Source: Octopus sinensis (taxonomy: Eukaryota). From it: a stretch of 64,000 nt of DNA. Of the stretch, positions 50,819 through 63,599 are shown piece after piece. The position numbers were made by a program, and so were the translations under genes. The DNA lies in NCBI RefSeq assembly GCF_006345805.1, contig NW_021835690.1, positions 62,001-126,000 on the forward strand. Direction: 5' to 3'. The notes beneath the pieces are model-generated. The model was not told the origin of the DNA. It did not search any database and saw nothing but the letters and a program-made list of their open reading frames with translations. The stretch's first letter is position 1. Every line of letters begins with the position of its first letter.

Positions 50819-51399
50819 ATATGTGAGAAACAAATATTCCCAGGGAAATTTCCCCTAGACTCCGTAACTGCTTAAATTGATACAGGCACAAACTCTTACA
50901 TGCACACACACTAACACGCACACACACACACACACATACACATAATACACATACACATAATACACATACACGTAATACACATACACACAAATACACACGT
51001 ACGTTTTTGATGCAATGAATAAATTTTAACTTTCGTTGTTCTCCATAAAAATCTTTAAAAAACAGGAAATCCCGGTGTTATTGAGCCAAAACCTTGTTTA
51101 CAGAACTTTCTATTTCGTCAATACAGGAAATTGGTCTTCTTTCCAACAGACTTTCCAGCAATTTTCATCGTTTAGCCAAGCTGGATTGTAATTTTTCCCC
51201 ATTCATCTTATTTTATTTTGTGCCTCAGAGCACAGATGAGCAAAGACCTCTATTGTTTGTGTTTCTATGAGTTATGCTATTTTCTCCAAGTATTTCGGTG
51301 TAAATCCCGATGTTTGGCATATTTGTAACCATTGCCAAGACGTTTATTATTAGAAGGGCTGTTTCTATTTGAATCCCACACACACACTTTCATACCTAG

Positions 51400-51620
51400 A
51401 TTTTACAATCCATCCAGTTCTTTTAGAGACATCTTCCCTTCCAGATCTTCATTTTAGACGAATTTATTCATTTCCTTTACAGATACATTGTGTTCAATTG
51501 GAATCGAAGCTTCGGTTGAGAAGCACATCCGTTCTTAGTTGTCCTTGGCAACAGCATCCGGTCGATTAGGATTCATCATACTGTCTGTGAGATTTGACAT
51601 AACCCTGAACGTTGTCGCTT
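51400..51620 (-). mobile_element. R4/Dong-like non-LTR retrotransposon, restriction-like endonuclease remnant
   Basis: TDSMMNPNRPDAVAKDN*ERMCFSTEASIPIEHNVSVKEMNKFV*NEDLE follows the NRPD.V.KD....C..ID...P...N.S.KE..K..KY.DLE pattern. Confidence 0.6.
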
Positions 51621-51806
51621 TGTCATTTGAAAACAAATAAAATGTTCGTTGTTGCGTGCTAACTGATCGGAACAGCAGATTCATAATTATATGTGTAAAT
51701 TGGTAAAAGTCGGTCCAAACTAAATTCATTTGAAATTAGTGTTTCACTGGGAGATTATCCATATAGACAGCGATCGCTAGAAATTCAGTACGTATAAGCA
51801 TGGGGT

Positions 51807-52194
51807 GGAGGCGCAATGGCCCAGTGGTTAGGGCAGCGGACTCGCGGTCATAGGATCGCGGTTTCGATTCCCAGACCGGGCGTTGTGAGTGTTTATTGAG
51901 CGAAAACACCTAAAGCTCCACGAGGCTCCTGCAGGGGATGGTGGTGAACCCTGCTGTACTCTTTCACCACAACTTTCTCTCTCTCTTACTTCCTGTTTCT
52001 GTTGTACCTGTATTTCAAAGGGGCCGGCCTTGTCACTCTCTGTGTCACGCTGAATATCCCCGAGAACTACGTTAAGGGTACACGTGTCTGTGGAGTGCTC
52101 AGCCACTTACACGTTAATTTCACGAGCTGGCTGTTCCGTTGATTCGGATCAACCGGAACCCTCGTCGTCGTAACCGACGGAGTGCTTCAAGAAG
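51807..52194 (+). mobile_element. SINE family B, full length with TSD
   Basis: AAGCATGGGG duplicated at 51796-51805 and 52195-52204; short AAG tail. Confidence 0.92.
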
Positions 52195-52609
52195 AAGCAT
52201 GGGGAAAAATCTGACTTTACAACATTACGTATGATACAAAATTAAGCATGACCTAAGCGAAGTCATTTGGTACAAAAAAAAATAATTCTTGCTAAAACAA
52301 TCGAGTTTTTTGTAAATGAGATTAAAAGGAATTTTGTGAGGAGAGAGAAGCAGAAAAATTTCTGCAATAAACATTAATGATAGTCAAATGCGTAATGCCA
52401 TCTTTTGCTCCAAAAATAAAATTTAGTGTTAATGAATGAGGTGAAGATAATTTTCTGCAACAAAAAGTAACAGAATAATGATCACGTGATTGTTTGTTAA
52501 TCGGCCTCACTGAGAAAAGCAGCTTATCGCTATGCTCATCCGTAAAAGGCTAAATAATTTACGGAAGGTCACATGGGTCACGTGACAACTTAAGAGAAAC
52601 AAGTCTCAT

Positions 52610-52970
52610 TTGATTACTCACGTGTCGCCAGATCAGAAGCACAGGCGTGCGGCTATGAACTCCTACTCCATTTCGCCTACTCTCCTGACCTTGCACCCTC
52701 TGATTTTCACCTCTTCCCAGCCATGAAGTTGATTTTGAAAGGAAAGCGTTTCCCAGATGATGCAGCCTTGATTTCTGAAGTCACGTCGTGATTGGAGGAC
52801 CAAGCTGGGGTCTTCTACAAAAACGGTCTCCAGAGCTGTATCAAACGATGGGAGAAATGCATAACTCTGGGTAGTTCCTATGTAGGAAAAGACTAATAAC
52901 TGTGCCAAGTGTCGTTGCTCTACTGCTATGGGAAGTGGGTCAGAGGCATTACTTATTGAACGCCCCTCGT
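52610..52970 (+). mobile_element. Mariner transposon 3' fragment with TIR
   Basis: GYELLLHFAYSPDLAPSDFHLFPAMK...FYKNGLQSCIKRWEKCITLGSSYVGKD*. Ends with CATTACTTATTGAACGCCCCTCGTA (mariner-type TIR plus TA). Confidence 0.9.
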
Positions 52971-53163
52971 AGTTTCTGTGCCGTAATCAAATTTCAGTCT
53001 CCTCGGTCACAGCTAATATTACAATTTATTTATTTATCAATGAGGTTTTATCAGCAATTCGTTATATAGGGACTTCTTGTAATTCCAAGTACATATTAGG
53101 TTTTATTCATTCGCAATGCGTATTGGTGAGTCCCTACAATATTTTGCTACTTCAGTGCTAAAT

Positions 53164-53585
53164 CAGGAGTGGCTGTGTGGTAAGTAGCTTGCTAACCAAC
53201 CACATGGTTCCGGGTTCAGTCCCACTGCGTGGCATCTTGGGCAAGTGTCTTCTGCTATAGCCCCGGGCCGACCAATGCCTTGTGAGTGGATTTGGTAGAC
53301 GGAAACTGAAAGAAGCCTGTCGTATATATGTATATAAATATGTATGTTTGTGTGTGTGTGTGTTTGTGTGTCTGTGTTTGTTCCCCTAGCATTGCTTGAC
53401 AACCGATGCTGGTGTGTTTACGTCCCCGTCACTTAGCGGTTCGGCAAAAAGAGACCGATAGAATAAGTACTGGGCTTACAAAAAGAATAAGTCCCGGGGT
53501 CGAGTTGCTCTACTAAAGGCGGTGCTCCAGCATGGCCGCAGTCAAATGACTGAAACAAGTAAATGAGTAAATGAGAGTAAATGAG
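53164..53585 (+). mobile_element. CORE-like SINE (family A), full length
   Basis: Matches family A. Confidence 0.9.
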
Positions 53586-54196
53586 AAAAAACAAAAAATT
53601 CTTTGGGACTTTATTGTTTTGTTTTCTTCATGCTTTTAAGGATTTTGAATACCGGGTATTTTTTAGCTCTTCAGTGAATATTTTATAACAGTGACAAAAG
53701 TCCCGTAGATATAATCTTTCCGTGTCAGATTTTATGTGGGATATTCTAAATTCAATAATTTCTTTCCCTGTTTTTAAAGATCTTTTTCCAGTTTTATGAC
53801 TTCCTGTTGAGGAAGTCAGATAATCATAGCCATTAAGTTATTCTTCCATTTGATTCTATTTTAAACGTTATTCCTTTTCGCATTATTCTTTCTTAACCTT
53901 TTCTTTCATTTGTCTGTTTTTTTACATATTCTAGTTCATTCACTGAATATATATGAAAGTCAGTAATTTTTCAAATTATTCTTATCTTCTTATCTACCCA
54001 AATAATAGGCGAGGTTGGAATAACCAGGTGGGTTGGACATTTGCTTAAATTCATATAAGCGGGTGGGCTGGAATAAACGGGGCTGGGTGGGAGTCAGTAA
54101 CTATATAGGGTATGTACGAAAATAGGAAAAACCATTTTAAAGCACATATAACGACACAACGAGGCAAAAGACATTAACAGGAGACAAGTGAAATTA

Positions 54197-54602
54197 GGAT
54201 CTTTTCGGTTTGAACGGAAGTTTTTAACTTCTAGGTAACTAAAACATTTTAAACTTCGTATACTGGTAGAATGTGTTTATAAAACATCTTTTTCTCTTGG
54301 CTTTATTGAGAAAATTCTATAGTTTGTAAGATATTTGTTGGGTTTTTTCTTCAATTTCAACCAATCACTGACGTCTATTGAGGTAAAAAAAAAACATTAT
54401 GTGCCATATGAATATTCCCTCGTTTAAGAAATAGATTAAGTTTATTTACATTTGTGAAGAAAAAAAGATACCCTTCCCCCCACCCCTAACCCTAACCTTA
54501 AAACAGATTGAAATGCAATAGATCGATACTAGTGTCATAATTATGGGTGACAATTTCATATGACACCGCTAGAAAAAACTGCCGTTCAAACCGAAAAGAT
54601 CC
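54197..54602. mobile_element. MITE-like element with ~29-bp terminal inverted repeats
   Basis: GGATCTTTTCGGTTTGAACGGAAGTTTTT at 54197 mirrors AAAAACTGCCGTTCAAACCGAAAAGATCC ending at 54602 (1 mismatch). No TSD seen. Confidence 0.75.
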
Positions 54603-55065
54603 AAGATATACATTTGGATAATAAAAATAAGACATTTGTTAATTATGGTAATTATGGGATTTTTTTAAATGCTGTAAACTAAACTATAGTAGCTATCACA
54701 TACACCGAAATTATGATAAGCTTAAGTACTTAAAACATACATTTATCCGATTTTTAAGAGGATTTATAGTGCCACTCAATTCCGATAATAATTATAAATA
54801 TCACAACGATCAGCTCGTGATTTTAAAGTTAATGATCACCTCTAAATTCCATTGTGGTTAAAGTTAAAAACTACACACTATCTAGCAGATTAGTATGTAA
54901 TAAGTAATAGTCAAAAGCTTAAACGGAATGAGACATGTAAAATTAAGTTTATTGTTTAACCTAATATAAATCTCTAACGACATACAGTTTCAGTATATTT
55001 CTGTATAGAATTACACACATCGATTATAATCATGTTAGACCCTTGCTTCTTCCAGGATATACCCA

Positions 55066-55483
55066 AAGGCGGCGAGCTGGCAGAAACGTTAGCACGTCGG
55101 GCGAAATGCTTAGTGATATTTCGTCTGCCACTACGTTCTGAGTTCAAATTCCGCCGAGGTCGACTTTGCTTATCATCCTTCCGGGGTCGATTAAATAAGT
55201 ACCAGTTACGCACTGGGGTCGATATAATCGACTTAATCCGTTTGTCTGTCCTTGTTCGTCCTCTCTGTGTTTAGCCCCTTTTGGGTAGTAAAGAAATAGG
55301 TATTTCGTCTGCCGCTACGTTCTGAGTTCAAATTCCGCCGAGGTCGACTTTGTTTTTCATCCTTTCGGGTCGATTAAATAAGTACCAGTTATGCACTGGG
55401 GTCGATATAATCGACTTAATCCGTTTGTCTGTCCTTGTTCGTCCCCTCTGTGTTTAGCCCCTTGTGGGTAGTAAAGAAATAGG
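55066..55483 (+). mobile_element. Meta-domain-like SINE (family C), head plus two bodies
   Basis: Second body restarts at TATTTCGTCTG after AAAGAAATAGG. A diverged copy follows at about 55525-55740. Confidence 0.9.
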
Positions 55484-56313
55484 ATGTACCCAAGGCAGGT
55501 GCTGAACTAATTGCTACAAGGTAACAAAACGGTGAGCTGGAAGAATCTTTAGCATGCCGGACAAAATGCTTTGCGGCATTTCGTCCGTCTTTACGTACTG
55601 AGTTGAAATGCCGTCGAGGGCGACTTGCTTTTCATCCTTTCAAAATTGATAAAATAAAGACCAGTTGAGCATTGGGGGTTGATGTAATTGACTTACCCAT
55701 TTCCCCAAAATTGTTGGTCCTGTACCAAAATTTGAAATCTTTATTGCAAGCTAACGAAACAATCATCAAAACCACAGTAGGACACAAGATGACTTTTCGC
55801 GAGTGGTTTTACAAACTTGTTCATTGACCATGGAAAACATGAGTTGAATACTAGCGGAGAAGATAAACAGTAGAATCCTGGGAATTTAGTGATGCGCAGC
55901 GTCGACGAAAAGTAATGTCAATAATTCAATCTGTAAAATAAATACAATGTCGTAAGAAAGATGTCCAGAATAATGAGAAGAAAATATATCAGCTGAAGAT
56001 AAATTATTTTTCTTTCCAACTAGGAATACAGTCACACAGTATGAAATTTCCTCCACTATTTGAAGTATTCAGTTGATAGATGGTTGCTCTGTCGGATGTC
56101 TGCGACTCTAAGGAAGAAGAAAAGATAAAATTGTACACTGCACAAACAAATTTTTATCTTCAAGGAGAACTGGGATCGCAAAATCTATTGGGGAAAAAAC
56201 TGAATTCTGTAAAGATTTTATGAAAAAGAAAGCAAAAGAAACGCAAGTACGAAAACTATTAAGAAAGTAAAGTCTGATATCTTGGAAGAGAAATTAAGAA
56301 GAATATATGTAAA

Positions 56314-56405
<92 letters not shown>

Positions 56406-56430
56406 ATATATATATGTATGTATATATATA

Positions 56431-56470
<40 letters not shown>

Positions 56471-56543
56471 TATATATGTATGTATGTATGTATGTTTCAA
56501 TGTATGAATGTATGTATGTATGTATGTATGTATGTATGTATGC

Positions 56544-56584
<41 letters not shown>

Positions 56585-56887
56585 CTTAAATTTTCCTCAA
56601 ATGAGGCTTTTACATGCCGAAGACTACTTGGTGTAATTGATAATTATTCCAAATTAATTAATTTCACCCTTCATTATTACGGATAACCATATTTTATCTC
56701 AGTAGATGACTACAGCATCTTGTTTTGGCTACACGCGGGTGGGAAGGGGCTGTTGACACAATCGTTTCATTCACAAATTTGAATTCGGTGATACTAGTTG
56801 AGGATTCTAGCTCGCTCTGATACTGAGTTGAGTTGGTACCTCCTAGTATCTCAAAATTCAATATATAATCATTTATGATTATAGTAT

Positions 56888-56992
56888 TCCACGCTGAAGA
56901 GAAAAGAAGTTTCGGTAAGATAGAATTATTTAATATTTAATATTTTATTCTTATGCTTTCCTAAAACTTGATTTCGAACGTACGTCCGTGGA
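56888..56992 (+). ncRNA. Type I HHR, unit 1 (GAAC instead of GAAAC)
   Basis: One A is missing from the core; mutation or consensus error. Confidence 0.6.
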
Positions 56993-57486
56993 TAACTTTA
57001 AAAATGTTTGATAGATTGCGGTTAATTCATTCTCTCTTACCTGTTTGTGTCAGCCTTCCAATTGCTGTTTTTACTGAGATCTCCCTTTTTAGTAGAAGAA
57101 ATAGCTATAACCCTTTGACTGCTATTTCTAAATTCGGTATGTGGTAAGGCAATTCGTTGCTGAACCCTTATTGCTTAGTATTACTTAAATTTTCCTCAAA
57201 TGAGGCTTTTACATGCCGAAGACTACTTGGTGTAATTGATAATTATTCCAAATTAATTAATTTCACCCTTCATTATTACGGATAACCATATTTTATCTCA
57301 GTAGATGACTACAGCATCTTGTTTTGGCTACACGCGGGTGGGAAGGGGCTGTTGACACAATCGTTTCATTCACAAATTTGAATTCGGTGATACTAGTTGA
57401 GGATTCTAGCTCGCTCTGATACTGAGTTGAGTTGGTACCTCCTAGTATCTCAAAATTCAATATATAATCATTTATGATTATAGTAT

Positions 57487-57593
57487 TCCACGCTGAAGAG
57501 AAAAGAAGTTTCGGTAAGATAGAATTATTTAATATTTAATATTTTAATTCTTATGCTTTCCTAAAACTTGATTTCGAAACGTACGTCCGTGGA
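57487..57593 (+). ncRNA. Type I hammerhead ribozyme, unit 2
   Basis: TCCACG-CTGAAGA-GAAA...TTTC-GAAAC-GTAC-GTC-CGTGGA; predicted cleavage after C57587. Confidence 0.85.
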
Positions 57594-58087
57594 TAACTTT
57601 AAAAATGTTTGATAGATTGCGGTTAATTCATTCTCTCTTACCTGTTTGTGTCAGCCTTCCAATTGCTGTTTTTACTGAGATCTCCCTTTTTAGTAGAAGA
57701 AATAGCTATAACCCTTTGACTGCTATTTCTAAATTCGGTATGTGGTAAGGCAATTCGTTGCTGAACCCTTATTGCTTAGTATTACTTAAATTTTCCTCAA
57801 ATGAGGCTTTTACATGCCGAAGACTACTTGGTGTAATTGATAATTATTCCAAATTAATTAATTTCACCCTTCATTATTACGGATAACCATATTTTATCTC
57901 AGTAGATGACTACAGCATCTTGTTTTGGCTACACGCGGGTGGGAAGGGGCTGTTGACACAATCGTTTCATTCACAAATTTGAATTCGGTGATACTAGTTG
58001 AGGATTCTAGCTCGCTCTGATACTGAGTTGAGTTGGTACCTCCTAGTATCTCAAAATTCAATATATAATCATTTATGATTATAGTAT

Positions 58088-58194
58088 TCCACGCTGAAGA
58101 GAAAAGAAGTTTCGGTAAGATAGAATTATTTAATATTTAATATTTTAATTCTTATGCTTTCCTAAAACTTGATTTCGAAACGTACGTCCGTGGA
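58088..58194 (+). ncRNA. Type I hammerhead ribozyme, unit 3
   Basis: Same intact motif; predicted cleavage after C58188. Confidence 0.85.
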
Positions 58195-58686
58195 TAACTT
58201 TAAAAATGTTTGATAGATGCGGTTAATTCATTCTCTCTTACCTGTTTGTGTCAGCCTTCCAATTGCTGTTTTTACTGAGATCTCCCTTTTTAGTAGAAGA
58301 AATAGCTATAACCCTTTGACTGCTATTTCTAAATTCGGTATGTGGTAAGGCAATTCGTTGCTGAACCCTTATTGCTTAGTATTACTTAAATTTTCCTCAA
58401 ATGAGGCTTTTACATGCCGAAGACTACTTGGTGTAATTGATAATTATTCCAAATTAATTAATTTCACCCTTCATTATTACGGATAACCATATTTTATCTC
58501 AGTAGATGACTACAGCATCTTGTTTTGGCTACACGCGGGTGGGAAGGGGCTGTTGACACAATCGTTTCATTCACAAATTTGAATTCGGTGATACTAGTTG
58601 AGGATTCTAGCTCGCTCTGATACTGAGTTGAGTTGGTACTCCTAGTATCTCAAAATTCAATATATAATCATTTATGATTATAGTAT

Positions 58687-58793
58687 TCCACGCTGAAGAG
58701 AAAAGAAGTTTCGGTAAGATAGAATTATTTAATATTTAATATTTTAATTCTTATGCTTTCCTAAAACTTGATTTCGAAACGTACGTCCGTGGA
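58687..58793 (+). ncRNA. Type I hammerhead ribozyme, unit 4
   Basis: Same intact motif; predicted cleavage after C58787. Confidence 0.85.
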
Positions 58794-59429
58794 TAACTTT
58801 AAAAATGTTTGATAGATTGCGGTTAATTCATTCTCTCTTACCTGTTTGTGTCAGCCTTCCAATTGCTGTTTTTACTGAGATCTCCCTTTTTAGTAGAAGA
58901 AATAGCTATAACCCTTTGACTGCTATTTCTAAATTCGGTATGTGGTAAGGCAATTCGTTGCTGAACCCTTATTGCTTAGTATATATATATATATATATAT
59001 ATACGTATGTGTATATATATAGAGAGAGACAGATAGAGAGAGAGAGAGATGTAAAAGTGTGTGGATATATATATATACAAATATGAAGGTGTGTATATAT
59101 GTATAAACATATGCATATATGTGCATATGTATGTATGTCAAACAACAATAATGATATCCAAATATTCAGTTCCTACAGTTGCTTCAATAATTCTAACGCA
59201 TCATTACACTTAATACAACTAAATAATTAAATAATTACATAATTATGTATAACATAATAAATCATATTTCCAATAAGTTTTAGAAACGCAACGGTCCTTG
59301 TAAATAGGGAAGAATAAACAAAAATCAAGGGACAAGAGAATAAGCAAACAAAGAAAAGTAACCTGCGTAGTTCCAAATTCAGAATTATAATGGCTGGCCC
59401 CAAATGCAGACCTAAACAAACTAAAGCAC

Positions 59430-59530
59430 CCGTAAATAATGAACAGTATGTTAATGAACCAGTATGTCCACTAATAAGTACAAATGAACAGTATGTTAAT
59501 GAACCAGTATGTCCACTAATAAGTACAAAT
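59430..59530. repeat. 45-bp tandem duplication
   Basis: AATGAACAGTATGTTAATGAACCAGTATGTCCACTAATAAGTACA occurs twice. Confidence 0.9.
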
Positions 59531-60234
59531 GAATTTTCTAAATATAAAGATAATATAAGAAGGCTTCCAGATATTTCCAAAGGTAATAGTATTATGTATG
59601 TTAATAGTAAACAAGACTATTAGTTATAATAGAATTAAAACCCTAAATAAATTTAGACAAATAGCAAACCATGAAAAATGTAAACATCTGTTTTATCTTC
59701 AATATATATTTTTTCACTCGTATTATAATACGAGTGAAAATGTATACGTGAAAGAAGAGAGAGAAGGGGGAGTCTTATGATAGAAGTAACAGAAAGCAGA
59801 ACATTGTCTGATATAATCCTCTATTCATCGTACAAATCAAAACATACTTACCGAAAAGTAAGTTGTACAGAATTCTCAAAAACAACTTTGCTTCTCAATA
59901 TAAATACCCCTAGCTTTTTAGCTCGTCTACTTTAAATCTATCTGAATCTACTACCACAACTTTCTTGGCTAGTATAGCGACCTTTAATAGTCATAAACTT
60001 AACAGGGATAGTAACTATTGTAAAGTAACATATCAAGCTCAGCTTGAGTTGCTAAAACATTAAATAAATGTAATATGACAGCCTTAGATTCGAAAAAAAA
60101 TGTAATATAGCAGGGCTGAGATAACTATTGTGAATGAATCATCGATAATAGAAAATTTAAAACACCATTGTAATAATTACTCGCTCTCTAATTACAATAG
60201 AAGTAACACTAATATTGATTTAAAATTTTGTCAC

Positions 60235-60432
60235 AAAACCAGCAAGTTCAGGAGAGGGGATAAGTCGATAACATCGAGCCCGAGTACTCAACAGGTACTT
60301 ATTTTATCGGTCCCGAAAAGGATGAAAGACAAAGTCGATATCGGCGGAATTTGAACTCAGAACGAGAAGACGAATGAAATGTTGCTAAGCATTTCGCCCG
60401 GTGTGCTAATGACTCTGCCAGCTCGCCGCCTT
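60235..60432 (-). mobile_element. Diverged Meta-domain-like SINE; a second copy lies at about 60945-61140
   Basis: GGAATTTGAACTCAGAACG...GCTAAGCATTTCGCCCGG...GCCAGCTCGCCGCCTT. Confidence 0.8.
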
Positions 60433-61939
60433 AGAAAATGTAAATAATAATTCTCCTACAAGTCTAAAACCTATTCAAGTCTTGGAACCACATAACAGCT
60501 TCATAAACAATAAAAAAAATAAATTATAGCTGTAACTGTAGGACTGCAGATAATTGCCCCTTGGAAGTAAAATGTCAGCGAATAAACCACCTTTTATAAG
60601 TGTACATTAAAAATACATAATGCATGTAAATATTGCATAGGGATTGCAACAGTATTTTAATGAACGTTATTATACGTACCGATACTCATACTCAAGCACT
60701 AAACTTAAGAATTCGACCCCTCTTGTGGATTGTATGTATTTCTTTTAGAACGAAAAATAATAGATTATATTCTGGTATGGTCTACATCAAATTCAGCCAA
60801 AGTACACTGAAATAGAAAAGTCTATCACTCATGTACACATGAAACACTTGAGATCTTAATTTATTAAAGACAATGAGTGAACTTGTAATTTAATGCAGGC
60901 ATAAAGGTAATAAATATAATTAATATTGGATTCGAATTTGGCCACAAGACCAGTAAGTTCGGTGCAGGGAATAAGTCGATTACATTGACCCCACTGTTCA
61001 ACTGGTATTTATTTTATCGATCACAAAATGATGAAAAGCAAAGTCCTACTCGGTGGAATTTGAACTCAGAACGTAAAGACGAACGAAATGCCGCTAAGCA
61101 TTTTATCCGGCAGGGTAACGATTCTGCAATTTCGCCGCCTTTAATATGCTAAATATTGAACAATATAAAAATAATCATAATAACATACGCGATGGTATCG
61201 ATTAATATCTATATAATTTAGATTGATTTGTATCCATATGTCATAGGCATGTACGAATTTCTCTATAAATCTGCACAAAAGTAGCAATAATGTCAGTAAT
61301 ATGCTAGGACAACGTTAAAATACGACTTACAAGTCTCATCCCCCTATCCTCACCTACGCGTAACGTTTTCTTTTTTTGCTATTGATTAATGTAATGTAAT
61401 TAACTTATACTCTTTAACTCATGTCATCTGCTAATTATTTGCAAACCAAACATCCATATTGTAGCAAGTGTGTTGAGCTTTATCTAAAATTCACTTGATA
61501 TGGATGACATTTACATTTTTAATAGAATCTACGACCAACGATTCCATATTGCTACGACTCAATAGTGCTACATTCGCTTTGCCCATCATTCAACTAATTA
61601 CTTAATCAATTATTCAGCTAGCTTTGATTATGCAACAATTCTAAATTTTATTATCTACTTGACTGTTCATATGTTAACTGTTAATTAGTATCAATCATGT
61701 TTATCTTAGGATTTCTTAATCTTTCCTAGTATTTACAACTATGCTTTTGAACTTTGCATTCACAACTTCGTTTTATGACAACGATTGGTCTCATATTCCC
61801 TCATGTTATTTTATCAAGTTTCATTACATGTCTATCATGTGAGTTATTGCTGATTGTCTATAAGATATATATACTGGGTATACTCTTGAGTTATGATCTA
61901 TTTTACATTCTCTATTCTATGTTAACTTAGTTAACTGGG

Positions 61940-62252
61940 GACACTCTGTCGGTTATGTCGACGAGGGTTCCAGTTGAGTCAATCAACGGAACAGCCTGCT
62001 CGTAAATCTAACGTGCAAGCGGTCGAGCACTCCGCAGGCAAACCTTTAACATAGTTCTCAGGGAGATTCAGCAGGACACAGAGTGTGACAAGGCTGGTCC
62101 CCTTTGAATTACTGGTACAACTCACTTTTGCCAGCTGAGTGAACTCCAGTAATGTGTAATAAAGTGTCTTGCTCAAGGACACAACATGCCGCCAGGAATC
62201 GAACTCACGACCGCGAACTAATACCCTAATCACTAAGCCACGCGCCTCCACT
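61940..62252 (-). mobile_element. Older SINE sharing the family B 3' body, with a CORE-like central segment
   Basis: Minus: GGAGGCGCGTGGCTTAGTG...GAGTTCGATTCC...TTGTGTCCTTGAGCAAGACACT...CTGAGAACTATGTTAA...AGCAGGCTGTTCCGTTGAT. Confidence 0.75.
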
Positions 62253-62837
62253 GTTCTATGTGCAACTTGATTATGATCTACCACAGTATTTATAATCGTA
62301 ATTAGACATGATGACAACACTGGTTCTAAACCCATGCGTATAAAAATGTGTTTGTAAATATATATTTGATGGTTTATAAAAGTGTGAAAACATAATTGTG
62401 CTCTCGTTTATATTCCATTGGCGAATTTATTTCTGTGTATATACGTGTCCGTCTATTGTCTTTCCAATATGTAAATATATTTCTTTATTGGTGTACGCTT
62501 CAATGTGTGAACATGTAAGAATATGTCTATGTATGAGTGCAAGAGAATGGGATGAGCAAATCCTTTTATTTCATTGATTTACAATTTCTTCATTGAACAT
62601 CAATTTCGTGAGCTGGATTATAATCTATCTGATAGCCTCACTCACAGTTGAGTTTAATAAAGTAAACACCAGTGTTAGCGCCCAAATGAAATTATATATG
62701 TATATGTGTGTGTGTGTAAATATATGTATATAAATTGAAAATATGTGGAAAACATAAAAAGTGGAAGAGAAATGACTTCGTTTCACATAGTTTAATATCT
62801 TTTATAAAGAAATTTATATATAAATATATTTATCAAG

Positions 62838-63159
62838 TCTTGTACTTATCTTATCGGCCTCTCTTTTGCCGAACTGCTAATTTACAGGGACGTAAATAAA
62901 TCCAACACCGGTTGTGAAGCGATGGTGAGGGACAGATACGGAAACAAAGACACACACGCACATACTCACGTACATATATATGTATAAGTATATATACACT
63001 CGATGAGCGTCTTTCAGTTTCCGCCTACCATTTCCACTCACAAGTCTCTAGTCGATCCGAGGCTATAGTAGAAAATACTAGCCGAAGGCTCCACATACAG
63101 TGGAACCTAACCCGGAGCCATGTGGTTGGGAAGCAAACTTCTTACCACACAGCCACGCC
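62838..63159 (-). mobile_element. Diverged CORE-like SINE (family A)
   Basis: Recognisable head CTTACCACACAGCCAC and body CTCTTTTGCCGAAC-GCTAA. Confidence 0.75.
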
Positions 63160-63599
63160 AGCGAGCGACATTCTTTATTCAAAGCCACTACAATTGTTTC
63201 GACGCATATTCGCCCCTGTAGTTCATAGGTGAGATGTTGTGAAGTCAATTATTTTACATCATAGTTGTAGAATGCGCTTCCTAGGGTGACTATTTAAACA
63301 AGTTCTTCGAAATATCTTCTCGTCATGTCACTCAGTTTCACAATGTATACCTAAATTGAGGTGGCATTTTACCAGTTTATCTGCGGAACTAATTGTAGAT
63401 TCAATAAGAGACAATTTAACTACCTGAAAATCCTACCAACATATCAACGCCTAGAACTTTTAAGGAGGAATTGTATAAAATCATAAAAATTATAAAATCC
63501 AAGAAGACATCAACTACCAACAAAAAGAAGACAACAACGCCAGTAAAAATTGAGAAAACCACTGGAGGAATTCCAAAGAGCATCAGGCATATTAGTACC

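Larger units (their letters stand above)
56579..58981 (+). mobile_element. Four head-to-tail ~600-bp units, each with a type I HHR (retrozyme/PLE-like)
   Basis: Units start at about 56579, 57179, 57780 and 58380 and differ only by single-base indels. (TA)n on both sides; no long ORF. Confidence 0.9.

Noticed and set aside
54485-54497. Interstitial telomere
   Set aside because: Only about two CCCTAA units, inside a MITE.
56579-58981. CRISPR-like interpretation of this array or of the 90-bp array at 25941
   Set aside because: Units repeat in full with no unique spacers; eukaryotic context; no cas genes.
59227-59623. Overlapping 117-aa and 77-aa ORFs
   Set aside because: Partly generated by the 45-bp duplication; no recognisable domain.
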